Shown here: piece after piece, positions 1 through 10,117 of the stretch | Numbering within the stretch: position 1 is the stretch's first letter | How the letters are laid out: each line of letters begins with the position of its first letter | Sequence record: PZ445489.1 | DNA length: 64,000 nucleotides | Direction: 5' to 3' (one strand) | Source of the DNA: a phage | Program-made: the position numbers and the translations under genes | Notes under the pieces: generated by a model | Database searches by the model: none | The model's input: the letters and a program-made list of their open reading frames with translations, nothing else | What the model was told of the DNA's origin: nothing

Positions 1-1784
1 GTGATTGCTTTAGCTGCTTGACGCAGAGCTGGGAATAACTTTTTAACATCACGAGGTTCGCATTGGAGCTTAAATACCATGTGTGCGATGTTAGAGTGGA
101 AGTCAGGGTATTTATCAGGTTCATTTCTCATGTTGATAAATACCTGTTGCATATTTCTATCACCAGATAGAACAGCAGCATAATAAACTTCCGCAGTTGT
201 TAAGTCCCATGCGATTACACGGTATCCAGGTGGTGCAACCACACAACCCTTGATAATAGATTCATCACGAGGTAACTGTTGCAGGTTCAGTTTACCAGAA
301 GAACTCAGACGACCAGAAGTAGTCATGTGTTCGTGGAAGCCAGTACGAATGCAACCATCAGCATCAATGCTCAGAAGAATCTTCTCAACGTAAGTAGAGA
401 TCAGCTTAGTCAGCTTACGAATCTCTAGTAGAGTCTTAGCAATTGGATGCTGCGTAGACAATTCGTTCAGAGCTTCTGCATCTGTAGAGTCTGCTCCAGT
501 ATCCGTCAATTTACCTGTTGGGGTTAAGCCAACATAATCAAACAGAAGAACACGTAGCTGCTTAACAGAGTTTGGGTTAAACGCTTCGTTCTGATCTTTC
601 TCTAGCTGAACGACTTCTGGATAAGTATACAGCTTCTCACGAGCTTTATTCAGATTATGAGTTAACTGGTACTGAGCTTCTTTTAAACGATCAATAGAAA
701 TAGGTACACCACGATCCTCAACACGCTGGAGAAATACACAACCAGGCATTAGAACATCATAATACAGACTGCAAAGTTTTTCATTCTTCTCAATTTTTGG
801 TAAGAAGAAGTTGTGCAAACGTATGGTAGCATCTGTATCTTTTGCAGCGTAAGGCCACATAATATCAAACGGAATTAAATCATATGTGAAATCTTCTTTC
901 TTGATTTTATGTGCTTTGCAGTAATCATCCTTGAACTTATCTAGTTCAAAGTCATAGTCGCCCATATCGGTATACTTCATTGCTAGAGATTTCAAGCCAT
1001 GAGTACCACGACGCTCATCTAGAACATAATGCTGCAACATAGTATCATGGAGCCTGCGTTCTTTATGTGCTTTATCAAAAGTAAGTCCCAGATGGTACTT
1101 ATAAAAGTGCATATCAAACTTCAAGTTGTGAAAAACAATAGTGTGGTTTTCACTATCCAGAATTTTCTGGAGATAATATACTGCAACCTCTGTGAGACAA
1201 TCAGAATCGATATATACACCCTGGTACTCTTGGTGAGATATAGAAACACCAAGCAGATAACCATCTCGACAGTATAGTGCTGAGGTTTCAGAGTCAAATG
1301 CGACAGGTCCGATAACCATATTATACACCATCTTGATATATTCTTCCGCCTCGTCAGGGTCAGTAATAGGACGGTAATCACCAGCTTTTGCAATCTTCTC
1401 ACGACCATTGATAATATCGTGGATATTCTCTACTGTTGCATCGAAAACTGGTTTCATTTCAGGCTTAAAGTGTAACTGGGCTGGGCTGATACTCGCAATC
1501 CAGTTAGCATATCCATTATACTCTACACGTTTACCAGTATAATCACCAATGCCTTTCTTACCTGCGAAATACAGGAAAGGTTCAGCACCTACTAGTATAA
1601 CAAAATCATAATCATTCGGATCAAATGGGTTTTCTGGTGTTCCAATAGTAATGTGCTTTTTAAGCAAACGACCAGATAACTTCTCGTTACACATATGGAA
1701 TACATCAACTTCCTCGCCGTATAGCTGGAAATGTTTATCATACCGAGTGTTATTTAGAGCTTTATCAACTACTGCGATTTTCAA
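1..1784 (-). CDS. DNA polymerase, family A (N-terminal part with 3'-5' exonuclease domain; partial, continues beyond window start)
   Basis: Own translation of minus strand from TTG at 1784-1782 (RBS GAGGAG upstream): MKIAVVDKALNN...; contains exonuclease-like FHNLKFDMHFY and Pol I-type motif TSGRLSSSGKLNLQQLPR; ORF open to position 1. Start codon uncertain (no in-frame stop upstream). Confidence 0.8.
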   Translation of the reverse strand, partial: MKIAVVDKALNNTRYDKHFQLYGEEVDVFHMCNEKLSGRLLKKHITIGTPENPFDPNDYDFVILVGAEPFLYFAGKKGIGDYTGKRVEYNGYANWIASISPAQLHFKPEMKPVFDATVENIHDIINGREKIAKAGDYRPITDPDEAEEYIKMVYNMVIGPVAFDSETSALYCRDGYLLGVSISHQEYQGVYIDSDCLTEVAVYYLQKILDSENHTIVFHNLKFDMHFYKYHLGLTFDKAHKERRLHDTMLQHYVLDERRGTHGLKSLAMKYTDMGDYDFELDKFKDDYCKAHKIKKEDFTYDLIPFDIMWPYAAKDTDATIRLHNFFLPKIEKNEKLCSLYYDVLMPGCVFLQRVEDRGVPISIDRLKEAQYQLTHNLNKAREKLYTYPEVVQLEKDQNEAFNPNSVKQLRVLLFDYVGLTPTGKLTDTGADSTDAEALNELSTQHPIAKTLLEIRKLTKLISTYVEKILLSIDADGCIRTGFHEHMTTSGRLSSSGKLNLQQLPRDESIIKGCVVAPPGYRVIAWDLTTAEVYYAAVLSGDRNMQQVFINMRNEPDKYPDFHSNIAHMVFKLQCEPRDVKKLFPALRQAAKAI

Positions 1785-1877
1785 ATTTAATCTCCTCTTG
1801 GTAAGTAAGTATAACTTCAGTGTTTCTTCTCTAACTTACCAATATATTATATCAAAATATTGGGATAATAGCAAATA

Positions 1878-2207
1878 CTATTTATAAGTATGAAGTAATT
1901 TACGCATTTCATTACGCTGCTTTTCTAGTACCCGAAATTCTTCATCTATACGCAGAAAAGCACCTAACACTTTCATAGATTGCTCAGTATTTTCTACAAC
2001 AGCCCAATCATAAGTTAGATACACCTCTTGACCTGTATCTTTTACTTTAAAGAAAATATAAGATGCAGGTAATTTAGGATCACCAAATAAATGAAAATCC
2101 TTCCGTTTATTAAGGGACTCTAGTACTGTAAACAGCTCTAGTTTAATCTCTTCGTGTGTTATACTATCGTATACTGGAACATCTTCATAAATATATACAT
2201 ATTCCAT
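1878..2207 (-). CDS. hypothetical protein (109 aa)
   Basis: ORF between primase and polymerase genes, same strand, tight spacing. Confidence 0.5.
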   Translation of the reverse strand: MEYVYIYEDVPVYDSITHEEIKLELFTVLESLNKRKDFHLFGDPKLPASYIFFKVKDTGQEVYLTYDWAVVENTEQSMKVLGAFLRIDEEFRVLEKQRNEMRKLLHTYK

Positions 2208-2233
2208 AGTAGCTCCTCAGTTATTTAGGACTA

Positions 2234-3124
2234 TTATACCAAATCTTTAAGCGATTCAGCAACTAAAATTTCAATACGTTTTGCCAACATATCGATCTCT
2301 TCTTTATTTAAATCACCTGGATCTTTGCCTTCAGGCAGGAGGAAGTTAGCAACTACAGGTGTTAAACGCGTTTTTGTACGAATTAGCTTAGCCAATGCTT
2401 GTGCAGCTTTATTACCAGAAGCATCATTATCTAGTAAGATAACAACAACTTTTACCCCAGCAATAATATAAGGACTGAACTTATCTGCAATGTTATCCGA
2501 AGTAAACTGATGTGTACCAAAGCAGCAAGAAGCATAGTCTATACCATTATCCTCTAGGTTCAGCATATCAAAGATACCTTCAACTAGAATAAGAACTGGA
2601 GTATTATATCGTACAGGGAAAATTGGTGGTGAAACTTGTTTTGGTTTTACTAAGTATTTAGGAGGGGCAGAACTGTTTATAGAACGACCCAAAAATAGGA
2701 TATTGCGTCCAACAGCATCTGTGATTGGGAATACAATTCTGCCTTCCCAGTCTGCTTGGTGTTGGAAAGCAAAATATTTCTTCAAGGTCTTAGAACTTAT
2801 ACCTCGGAAATCACCTTCGAAAAGGTAAGCAGATTCAGGAATTGCAAGATTCGTAGATCCATTCCTAATCTCTGAAATCTTTTTACGTACCTGTGATAGT
2901 CTTGGGGACTGCCGGTACTGAGTCTCATTAAAATAATGGTAAATGCTCGGTATACCTTTACCGAAGCCACAACTCAAGCAGTGCATAATACCTGTTTCAG
3001 GATCAATACGCAAACTTGGGTGTTTATCGTCATGATCTGGATTGAGACAACAGATGAGGATGTCCCCACCTGTGTCTTTATATTCAATGCCTTTCAGATC
3101 AAGTAGTTCTGTTATTCTACTCAT
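2234..3124 (-). CDS. DNA primase (DnaG-like, CHC2 zinc finger + Toprim)
   Basis: CCLNPDHDDKHPSLRIDPETGIMHCLSCGFGKG zinc-binding motif; Toprim motifs VLILVEG and VVVILLDNDASG. Confidence 0.85.
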   Translation of the reverse strand: MSRITELLDLKGIEYKDTGGDILICCLNPDHDDKHPSLRIDPETGIMHCLSCGFGKGIPSIYHYFNETQYRQSPRLSQVRKKISEIRNGSTNLAIPESAYLFEGDFRGISSKTLKKYFAFQHQADWEGRIVFPITDAVGRNILFLGRSINSSAPPKYLVKPKQVSPPIFPVRYNTPVLILVEGIFDMLNLEDNGIDYASCCFGTHQFTSDNIADKFSPYIIAGVKVVVILLDNDASGNKAAQALAKLIRTKTRLTPVVANFLLPEGKDPGDLNKEEIDMLAKRIEILVAESLKDLV

Positions 3125-4593
3125 ATATCGCTGGCCTGTTCACCTGTTGAATTTTCAGTTTTATCTTTCTTAGCACGTTTAGGTTGAGCCGACTTATCCT
3201 TCTCAATAGGGATAACGAACTCAGCTTCCATTTGAGATATGTCTTCCATTGCTAGGTTAGTTGTATTATCCATTCGCAGAGTTTCCCAGTTCATCTTAGG
3301 CATAAACTTCACGCTATCAGAAGAACGAGTCTTAACGAAGTCAAACATAATAGCACCTTGACCATTATCAGCTTTTGCAGCATTAAGATTAGCAGCCATG
3401 TCTGCGGAGTCAAGAATCCCCTTTGACATACGTGTTCTACCATCTTGATCGATCTGGTAAGGAGCTACACCAGCCACGTTATGTTTCTGGCAGATAGATT
3501 TGAAAGATGAGCTAACAACCATCTGTTCTTTCCAGTCATACATATCAATGGTTTTAGAGTCTGGAAGTCGGGTTTGGTTAATATAGTCCAGTAAAGCTAC
3601 TGTAACTTTATCACCATATCTAGCAACTAATTTATTTAATTCTACGTCAACTGTTGTAATGGACAGTTCGGGGTCATAAACAATAATCATAGGAGTATGT
3701 AGTTCATATCCCTCTATTAGCTTACTCTCCATATCGTAGAAATCACTCATCTTAGCCATTGTGTACTGTTTAACGAAGCTATCGAAAAGCTCTTCACCAC
3801 CATTAAACATTCTAGCTCTAGTTCTGGCTAATCTCAACAGAGCTGCACCTTCTAGAGTATTATTACGCATTGCTAATGCTGATACACCAGCTAACATGGC
3901 TAGATTACGTCTAAATACTTCATGTTCTTTCATCTCAATTGAGAAGTATGGAGCAATATCCCCATTCAAATATTGCTGAACCTGTATGTTTGAACAGATA
4001 ATGGATTTACCAGTACCACGCCAACCACCAAGCAGTAACGTTTCTGTGCGAGCTAAACCAATTTGAGCGTCGAACTCATTACAAATACCAAGAGCGATTA
4101 AGTTCAGTTTGGTATCTTCTTCTCTCTGGAAAATACGCATGTTATCTGCGTTGAATACTTTTCCAGTATTCGTTACTTTCTCTTCTAATTTTAAGTGAAG
4201 GGAGGCAACTCGGTTGAGAATTTCTCCCTGATCCAGCATTGTTAAATCTTGAAGCACGTCTGTTTCTAGAAGCTTCAGGAATAAATCCTGTGTATATTCG
4301 GCCTCTAGGACTTCAAGTGCCTGTTCCATGCTCACTTCTGGAATTTGAGTGTTAGCTAAGACGACTAGAGCTTGAGAAAGGCGGGCGTTCCTATTAGCTT
4401 CAAGCATAAGTGCGTCAATGGACGGCATTGTGTTATATTTTTTATAATAATTCTGGACGGCTTGGTAAATTGAGGAGAAAGCGTCATTAAAATGATCTTT
4501 ATGCAGTTTTGAGAATGTTTCCAATGCTATTTGCTTCTGTTCGGAAGCTAGAAGCATCTTCAACACTACAGCTTGCACGTTAAACAAGGTCAT
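3121..4593 (-). CDS. DnaB-like replicative DNA helicase
   Basis: Walker A-like GWRGTGKS, RecA-like C-terminal half; start taken at ATG 4593-4591 preceded by AAGGAG (ORF track extends to 4644). Confidence 0.6.
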   Translation of the reverse strand: MTLFNVQAVVLKMLLASEQKQIALETFSKLHKDHFNDAFSSIYQAVQNYYKKYNTMPSIDALMLEANRNARLSQALVVLANTQIPEVSMEQALEVLEAEYTQDLFLKLLETDVLQDLTMLDQGEILNRVASLHLKLEEKVTNTGKVFNADNMRIFQREEDTKLNLIALGICNEFDAQIGLARTETLLLGGWRGTGKSIICSNIQVQQYLNGDIAPYFSIEMKEHEVFRRNLAMLAGVSALAMRNNTLEGAALLRLARTRARMFNGGEELFDSFVKQYTMAKMSDFYDMESKLIEGYELHTPMIIVYDPELSITTVDVELNKLVARYGDKVTVALLDYINQTRLPDSKTIDMYDWKEQMVVSSSFKSICQKHNVAGVAPYQIDQDGRTRMSKGILDSADMAANLNAAKADNGQGAIMFDFVKTRSSDSVKFMPKMNWETLRMDNTTNLAMEDISQMEAEFVIPIEKDKSAQPKRAKKDKTENSTGEQASDI

Positions 4594-4621
4594 TCTCCTT
4601 TGCACGCTTTCGTGCCTTCTA

Positions 4622-4658
4622 AATGCAAAAAGGGGAAGGAGCATAGCCCCCTCCCCTT
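4622..4658 (-). terminator. hairpin + T-run (minus strand) downstream of 4676..5443 gene
   Basis: AAGGGGA/TCCCCTT stem with T-rich tail on minus strand. Confidence 0.4.
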
Positions 4659-4675
4659 AGGTTTAATTTACCAGA

Positions 4676-5443
4676 TTATTCAGCAGCCGCAGCTTTTGCA
4701 TCCAGTTTAGCACGCTTAGCGGCACCATCATAGTCCTTAGCAACCAGACCACGACGAGACAGCATAGATTTAACACCACGCTCAGACTTACCAGTTTTCT
4801 CAGCGATCTCAGCAACAGTCATGTTAACCAGATCCAGACCTTCTAGCAGATCTTCACGAGTTTTAGCACTTGAAGTTTCCTGTACCGGCATAGCAGCGAT
4901 ACGACCTTCACGAAGCAGGCTCAGAGCTTTACCACGGATCTGCTTGATATTACGACCGAAGTGAGCAGCGATAGCTTCAATAGTAGCACCAGCAACAACC
5001 TGATTAACAAAATCAGTTTCTTCATCCGGAGTGAAGGAACGAACAGCAGCAGCTTTTTCAGTTGGCTTAACAGAAGCGGTCATTTCTAGACTCAGGATCT
5101 TACCCTGTACCTGTTTAGCACCGAACTGACCACCAGCTACAGCAGCAGCGATTTCAGCATAGGTATACTGACCAGCATGAGCGTTCAGGAAATCAACCAG
5201 TTCAGCTTCCTGCTCAGGAGTCCACGGAGATTTCTGCACTTCGTTAGCTTTTTGTACTTCAAAACCTTCTTTACGCAGTTTAGAGCCAACAGAGCGAGCA
5301 GTAACATCTTTGCCAGTTTCAGCAGCCAGTTCAGCAGCGATAGCCGCTACTTGTTCTTGAGAGATTACAGCAACACCCAGAGCAGTGGCTTTTGCTTTCA
5401 GAGACTCGGTTACACCTTCTACGTTCCAGTTCAGTTTAGACAT
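4676..5443 (-). CDS. hypothetical Ala-rich protein with internal tandem repeat (possible DNA-binding protein)
   Basis: Two similar segments TPEQEAELVDFLNAHAG... and TPDEETDFVNQVVAGA...; position in replication module. Confidence 0.5.
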   Translation of the reverse strand: MSKLNWNVEGVTESLKAKATALGVAVISQEQVAAIAAELAAETGKDVTARSVGSKLRKEGFEVQKANEVQKSPWTPEQEAELVDFLNAHAGQYTYAEIAAAVAGGQFGAKQVQGKILSLEMTASVKPTEKAAAVRSFTPDEETDFVNQVVAGATIEAIAAHFGRNIKQIRGKALSLLREGRIAAMPVQETSSAKTREDLLEGLDLVNMTVAEIAEKTGKSERGVKSMLSRRGLVAKDYDGAAKRAKLDAKAAAAE

Positions 5444-6209
5444 TATTATTTTTCTCCAATAGTTCTTTAATCGACAGGATTTCTATCCCATTCGTTTCGG
5501 CTTTCTTATAAGATGAGGAAGAACGCTTCGATTCATCCTCACAGATTAGGTATTTGACGTCTTTGGTAACGGATTTCTTAACCGTATATCCTAGACCTTC
5601 TAAATAGTTTGTTGCATCCGTTCTATTTGCAAAATCTTGCAAAGATCCGGTAATACATACCGCGATTCCATTTGGCTGGGCAACTAATTCATCTGCAATG
5701 ACGGTTTTAGCTTTAGCACCAGTTGAGAATTTCCACGGTAGTTCGATAACATCCTTGCCTTGTGGGGAACTTAGCCAGGCTTTGTAGTTTTCTCCAGCCT
5801 TGCCGTCAGCCTTCACATCGTGGAAGCTAGTGCAATTTTGGGATAATTTCTTTGCTGCAACCTCTCCGATTAGGGGGATTCCTAAAGAACCGAGAACTGA
5901 ACCAAAGTCAATGTCTCCGCGAACTTTAGTGTTTAATTCGCTAATTAATTTAGCGGCAACCTTGCTACCCACTGCTCTAACCAAATCTTCTTCGGTTAGG
6001 TAAAATAGTTCTGAAATCTTCGTCAGCTCCAGCTTCTCAATAGTTTTTGGGCCAAAGCCCTTTAACTTCATTTTTGTACAAAAGTTCTCAATTAGCTTAC
6101 TTGATTGCGCTGGACAGTTGGACTTATTCCTACAGAATAATTGCCCGTTGACAAGATCTAGCTTAGAACCACAAGAGGGACATTGTGTTGGAATTTCGAT
6201 TTTCATCAA
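5436..6209 (-). CDS. ligB: NAD-dependent DNA ligase, C-terminal subunit (Zn finger, HhH, BRCT)
   Basis: CPSCGSKL...C..NKSNCP zinc ribbon, HhH-like GFGPKTIEKL, C-terminal BRCT-like segment GIAVCITGSL; separate ORF from the adenylation domain. Confidence 0.8.
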   Translation of the reverse strand: MMKIEIPTQCPSCGSKLDLVNGQLFCRNKSNCPAQSSKLIENFCTKMKLKGFGPKTIEKLELTKISELFYLTEEDLVRAVGSKVAAKLISELNTKVRGDIDFGSVLGSLGIPLIGEVAAKKLSQNCTSFHDVKADGKAGENYKAWLSSPQGKDVIELPWKFSTGAKAKTVIADELVAQPNGIAVCITGSLQDFANRTDATNYLEGLGYTVKKSVTKDVKYLICEDESKRSSSSYKKAETNGIEILSIKELLEKNNNV

Positions 6210-6236
6210 ATTTCTTCCTTATCAATTTATATAAAT

Positions 6237-6265
6237 ATTATAGCAAGTATTTAAGCATTTAGCAA
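6237..6265 (-). promoter_or_regulatory. early-type sigma70 promoter (minus strand) between ligase subunit genes
   Basis: minus strand TTGCTA-17 nt-TATAAT followed by conserved ATTTATATAAATTGAT leader. Confidence 0.6.
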
Positions 6266-6408
6266 CTACAATTTTAACTAACTTTGCTTACCCTCGCCAT
6301 AACTTTCTATCCCTCAACTGAATGATAATAGTATATACCTAAGCGGCGAAAATGTCAATAACCACTTTATAATTCCGATATGGTAGATGGGTAGCAAAGG
6401 GTTATGTA

Positions 6409-7383
6409 TTAATCGTATACTCGCTCTACTATGCACGGGATTACACCACCAGCACGAATTACTCGAATCTGGCAACCGATCTCTAGATCGAGAGAGTTAA
6501 TATAATCAACGTTATTAAGAGTCGCTTTAACAATTGTAGCGTCATCAATAATTACCGGTTCGAAATAACCAACAGGAGTTACTTTACCAGAAGCCCCTAC
6601 CTGCCATTCAACTTTAGTAAGAGTTGTAATCTCGCCTTCTTCATCCTCTTTAATAGCGAATGCCCCACGAGGGAATTTATTAGTCCAGCCTTCTCGGAAG
6701 AATTTGTTGTTGTCATTAATACGAACAACTTTACCGTCCGTCGGAATCCATTTAAAGAAGGAACGCACATTAACAACTGTTAAGAAATCTTCATTCTCTA
6801 GCCAGAGCATATCTTTTAAATATGCTTCTGTAATACCTACAGACTCAGCAGAACATTGGATACCATAAGCAACGAAGATTAAACCACCTTCCCCGATACG
6901 TTGTACGAAATCATCACTATCTTTGAGGTTAATAGCACCAGAGGCAAAGTTACGTTTATTTTCTACTTCTTTTGTAATTAGAACTTCACCAGTGATTTGA
7001 GTAGGTACTTTTTGGGAAATCTTTTTAGGGATGTTCAGCAATCTTACGTTGCTTGTGACATCATTCCCTAGAATACCATTACCACGAGTTAGTGCTTGAA
7101 CAAATTCTCCATTAATATATAACAGAGAAATTGCACAACCATCTAACTTATCAGTTTCTACTTGACCTAATGGGTTAAATGGGGGTTTATCTCCACGATT
7201 ATAATAAACTTTCTGTAAAGAATACATACGATACAGATGTGGAATATCACCCTTAGGCCCGATCTCTTCTTCTAGTGGGAAGCGTTTTACCAGGCAATCA
7301 TACTCCTCATCAGAGATTAAAGACATACCTTGATAATATGCTTCTTGACAGCGTTTAATAAATTCTTTTACATTATTCATCAT
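6409..7383 (-). CDS. ligA: NAD-dependent DNA ligase, N-terminal adenylation subunit
   Basis: KxDG adenylation motif (ETDKLDGCAIS), ligase-like downstream motifs. Confidence 0.8.
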   Translation of the reverse strand: MMNNVKEFIKRCQEAYYQGMSLISDEEYDCLVKRFPLEEEIGPKGDIPHLYRMYSLQKVYYNRGDKPPFNPLGQVETDKLDGCAISLLYINGEFVQALTRGNGILGNDVTSNVRLLNIPKKISQKVPTQITGEVLITKEVENKRNFASGAINLKDSDDFVQRIGEGGLIFVAYGIQCSAESVGITEAYLKDMLWLENEDFLTVVNVRSFFKWIPTDGKVVRINDNNKFFREGWTNKFPRGAFAIKEDEEGEITTLTKVEWQVGASGKVTPVGYFEPVIIDDATIVKATLNNVDYINSLDLEIGCQIRVIRAGGVIPCIVERVYD

Positions 7384-7582
7384 CGGCGATTTCCATCTTG
7401 AGTTCTTTATTATATTGTGTAACCATATCCATCAAATCAGCAGATTCTTTCAGAAACGCATCTTTGTACACCTTTTGATTTACTGTGCCTATGCTATCTT
7501 GATAATTAATGCGTGCTGTGGAAAGTAGATTAAGTTTTGCTTGAATCTTGGGAAGTGTTACTTTCATAATTGATCCTCTCAT
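7373..7582 (-). CDS. hypothetical protein (69 aa)
   Basis: ORF directly downstream of a conserved promoter (7597-7625, minus). Confidence 0.45.
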   Translation of the reverse strand: MRGSIMKVTLPKIQAKLNLLSTARINYQDSIGTVNQKVYKDAFLKESADLMDMVTQYNKELKMEIADDE

Positions 7583-7596
7583 TAATTTATATAAAT

Positions 7597-7625
7597 ATTA
7601 TATAACAAAACTGAGTTGAAAGCAA
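7597..7625 (-). promoter_or_regulatory. early-type sigma70 promoter (minus strand)
   Basis: minus strand TTGCTT-17-TATAAT. Confidence 0.55.
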
Positions 7626-7652
7626 ATACATTTATAAAGAAAAAGCCAAGAA

Positions 7653-7961
7653 CTAGGCATTCTTGGCTTTGAGTTCTTCAGCTCGTTTCTGTACTTCATG
7701 TAAAACCTCAGATTCGCTAAGAATCTGTGTAAACGCATAGAAAAGCTGTGATGTTGTTTCCAGGGTGTAAGGAAAAGAGAAGCCAGATTTCGTTGGAAAC
7801 CATTCATCATTAATATCAAGAAGCCAGTAACGAATACCCATGTATAGATTCCCACGAAATTCAGATACTGTTAATCTTACTTGTTCCCCCTCCTTCTCCC
7901 AAAGTATGATGGACTGGTCATCAACGTGTCCTTCATAGTTTTGATTTACCTGTTCGCTCAT
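7653..7961 (-). CDS. hypothetical protein (102 aa)
   Basis: ORF in minus-strand gene series. Confidence 0.5.
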   Translation of the reverse strand: MSEQVNQNYEGHVDDQSIILWEKEGEQVRLTVSEFRGNLYMGIRYWLLDINDEWFPTKSGFSFPYTLETTSQLFYAFTQILSESEVLHEVQKRAEELKAKNA

Positions 7962-8011
7962 TTACATATCCCAAATACACAAAAAGCCCCATATAGGGGC
8001 TAATTGGTTTC

Positions 8012-8308
8012 TTATCGGCCTACTGGAGAAGCACGATCTAACTCTGATTGGAGGCTAGTCACACGACGGACTTTCTCGACAGGAATAAAACGGAAACTAT
8101 CATTAGTACGAGAGAAGACAAGAATTTCATCATCTTTCGCTTTACGAATACGTTCACGTTTAATACGCTCAGCCAGATATTTATCTTGGGCTGGATCAAA
8201 TTCCATCGTACCCTGAAGGTACGTGGTTCCTTTCTGACGAAGTTTCTCGTAATGAAGATAAAACTCACCAAATTTTTCGCACTGTGCAATAATTTCAGCT
8301 TTAGTCAT
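8012..8308 (-). CDS. hypothetical protein (98 aa)
   Basis: ORF in minus-strand gene series. Confidence 0.5.
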   Translation of the reverse strand: MTKAEIIAQCEKFGEFYLHYEKLRQKGTTYLQGTMEFDPAQDKYLAERIKRERIRKAKDDEILVFSRTNDSFRFIPVEKVRRVTSLQSELDRASPVGR

Positions 8309-8345
8309 AGCTATAGTTCCTTTTGTTGGTGGATTTATCTAAAAA

Positions 8346-8756
8346 TTACTTAGTGATAGCTCGGATTGCTTCTGCCAGATGAGCGGCCGCTTTACCAGTC
8401 AGTTTGTCGATAATTGCATCATCCAGAAAATCTGGTGCTAAGCCAGCATCAGAGAATGCTGCGCGAAGGTCGGCATGGGCTTGAGCTTTGGAGGTACGAG
8501 AACCACCGGAAGCTTTTTCTCCAGTAGATGCGCTAGATTTAGAAGTAGAACCAGCAGCTTTCTTAATATACAAACCTGCTTTAGTCAGCTTCATACGAAA
8601 ACCGTTCGGAGTTACACCATTTTCCTGGGCAATTTCGCTAACAATTTCCATGCTAACACCCGGACGTTCATCCTCTGGGAATTGCTCCATACGAGCAACG
8701 TATTCGGAAGACATTTTTTCGAACAGTTCATCAGTCCACTGAGTTGGAGTAGTCAT
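8346..8756 (-). CDS. hypothetical protein (136 aa)
   Basis: ORF with conserved promoter upstream (minus strand, ~8790-8830). Confidence 0.55.
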   Translation of the reverse strand: MTTPTQWTDELFEKMSSEYVARMEQFPEDERPGVSMEIVSEIAQENGVTPNGFRMKLTKAGLYIKKAAGSTSKSSASTGEKASGGSRTSKAQAHADLRAAFSDAGLAPDFLDDAIIDKLTGKAAAHLAEAIRAITK

Positions 8757-8862
8757 ATTTTATATTTCCTTAATTAAGAATTAAACAGAATAGTTCTTTC
8801 AAACTATGAGAATATTATATCAAGAATTGTAGGATTAAGCAACTGAAATTTTTCGGTAATTG

Positions 8863-9132
8863 CTACACATCTAGCTCAACAATCTCCCAATCATCTGCTA
8901 GAATTTCTTCTAAAGTTAACTCTACATCTTGCTTATGTGATCGTTTAAAATTTTCAAAAATACCTGTGGGCAATGGTGCAAAACTTTTGATAGTATCATT
9001 GTCAACATTAAACTCAAAAAGAAGCATAAAGTTTTTATCGTTTTTCCAGCAATCTCGCTGAAGATATTTTATGTCTCCAGCTTTAAGCAAATCTGTTAGC
9101 TTACTCACGACGTTTTCCTTTTTCTTTATCAA
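8863..9132 (-). CDS. hypothetical protein (89 aa)
   Basis: ORF in minus-strand gene series. Confidence 0.5.
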   Translation of the reverse strand: MIKKKENVVSKLTDLLKAGDIKYLQRDCWKNDKNFMLLFEFNVDNDTIKSFAPLPTGIFENFKRSHKQDVELTLEEILADDWEIVELDV

Positions 9133-9805
9133 GTTTCAGGGCAGCCTTAACAGCCTCATTAATCAACGTAATAATTTCTTCACGAGTCCACTTATACCCT
9201 AGAGATTTTACGTCAACCCCTAACTTTTCCAGATGTTTAACAGAAGCCAGCTCGTAATTCATATAATGAACGTTCTGTTGTTTGCTTTCTGATAGAAGCC
9301 ATACACGGTAACAACCAACAGGATTATCCATTGCTTTTTTGATTTCACCAATACACTGGTATCCAGGAACCCAAACAAGTTCTCCAACCTCAAATTCTTC
9401 TGCCACAGCATCGTCAGGAATAATTGGAGGATTCAATGGATCTACAATATCGTTCAAACGAAGTAGAGCACCATATCGTTCCAGAACAGATTTAACCATT
9501 GCTACAGAGCGGTAATTACGATCGGCAATTTCTTCAAAAGAATCACCAGATAGGTACTGTTCAATAACGTTGGCCAACTCAATACCTTCAATGAGTGTAC
9601 CACGTTTCTTTTTCTTCATTTCGGCAACTTGAATCTGGCGGTCTTGCCACTCTTCAATCATCCTTTCCATAGTCGGATTGGAAGATACGCCGAGCATTTC
9701 ACAAGCTGCTTTCTTGGTACCACCGTTCTCCAGATGCTCTATAACCTTTTTAAAGACTTCATCAGGGATTTCATGGATATGTTTCTTTCTGCGAGAACCA
9801 GCCAT
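9101..9805 (-). CDS. helix-turn-helix DNA-binding protein
   Basis: N-terminal HTH-like GGTKKAACEMLGVS; conserved promoter upstream on minus strand (~9815-9860). Confidence 0.5.
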   Translation of the reverse strand: MAGSRRKKHIHEIPDEVFKKVIEHLENGGTKKAACEMLGVSSNPTMERMIEEWQDRQIQVAEMKKKKRGTLIEGIELANVIEQYLSGDSFEEIADRNYRSVAMVKSVLERYGALLRLNDIVDPLNPPIIPDDAVAEEFEVGELVWVPGYQCIGEIKKAMDNPVGCYRVWLLSESKQQNVHYMNYELASVKHLEKLGVDVKSLGYKWTREEIITLINEAVKAALKLDKEKGKRRE

Positions 9806-9874
9806 ATTTAAACTCCTCTCTCAAATTTATGAATCTATTATACAGAAAAATTTTCCTGAAAGCAAATAAAATTT

Positions 9875-10117
9875 TTACGATTCCTTGAGCAGAGAAGAAA
9901 GTTCAGCATATACTTTATCTAACTCAAACCCTATGCGAAGGGATACGTTAGTCCTCCGTTGTTTAAGTAACCATTCGGATATGTTAGGGATGCCAGCTAA
10001 TCTGTGTGGTACCACCCTACATAGCTTTTCCGAAGTATCATAAACAGGAACTTTACGTTCTTTTACTGGAAACTTCCTTGTTTCCCATTTTTTATTCTTC
10101 ACTGTCATTTCTAGCAC
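9875..10117 (-). CDS. hypothetical protein (80 aa)
   Basis: ORF overlapping end of upstream 955-aa gene. Confidence 0.4.
   Translation of the reverse strand: MLEMTVKNKKWETRKFPVKERKVPVYDTSEKLCRVVPHRLAGIPNISEWLLKQRRTNVSLRIGFELDKVYAELSSLLKES

Noticed and set aside
1029-1887. ORFs 1029..1277(+), 1121..1408(-), 1651..1887(+)
   Set aside because: Lie inside or antisense to the long DNA polymerase reading frame (minus strand, 1..1784); low-complexity translations
3761-3979. ORF 3761..3979 (+)
   Set aside because: Antisense to helicase gene
5177-6003. ORFs 5177..5470(+) and 5800..6003(+)
   Set aside because: Antisense to the 255-aa gene and ligase C-terminal subunit gene
7598-7855. ORF 7598..7855 (-)
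   Set aside because: Overlaps the better-supported 7653..7961 frame and the promoter
8004-8777. ORFs 8004..8216(+), 8048..8353(+), 8059..8289(-), 8475..8777(+), 8488..8742(+)
   Set aside because: Overlap or antisense to the minus-strand genes 8012..8308 and 8346..8756; no RBS
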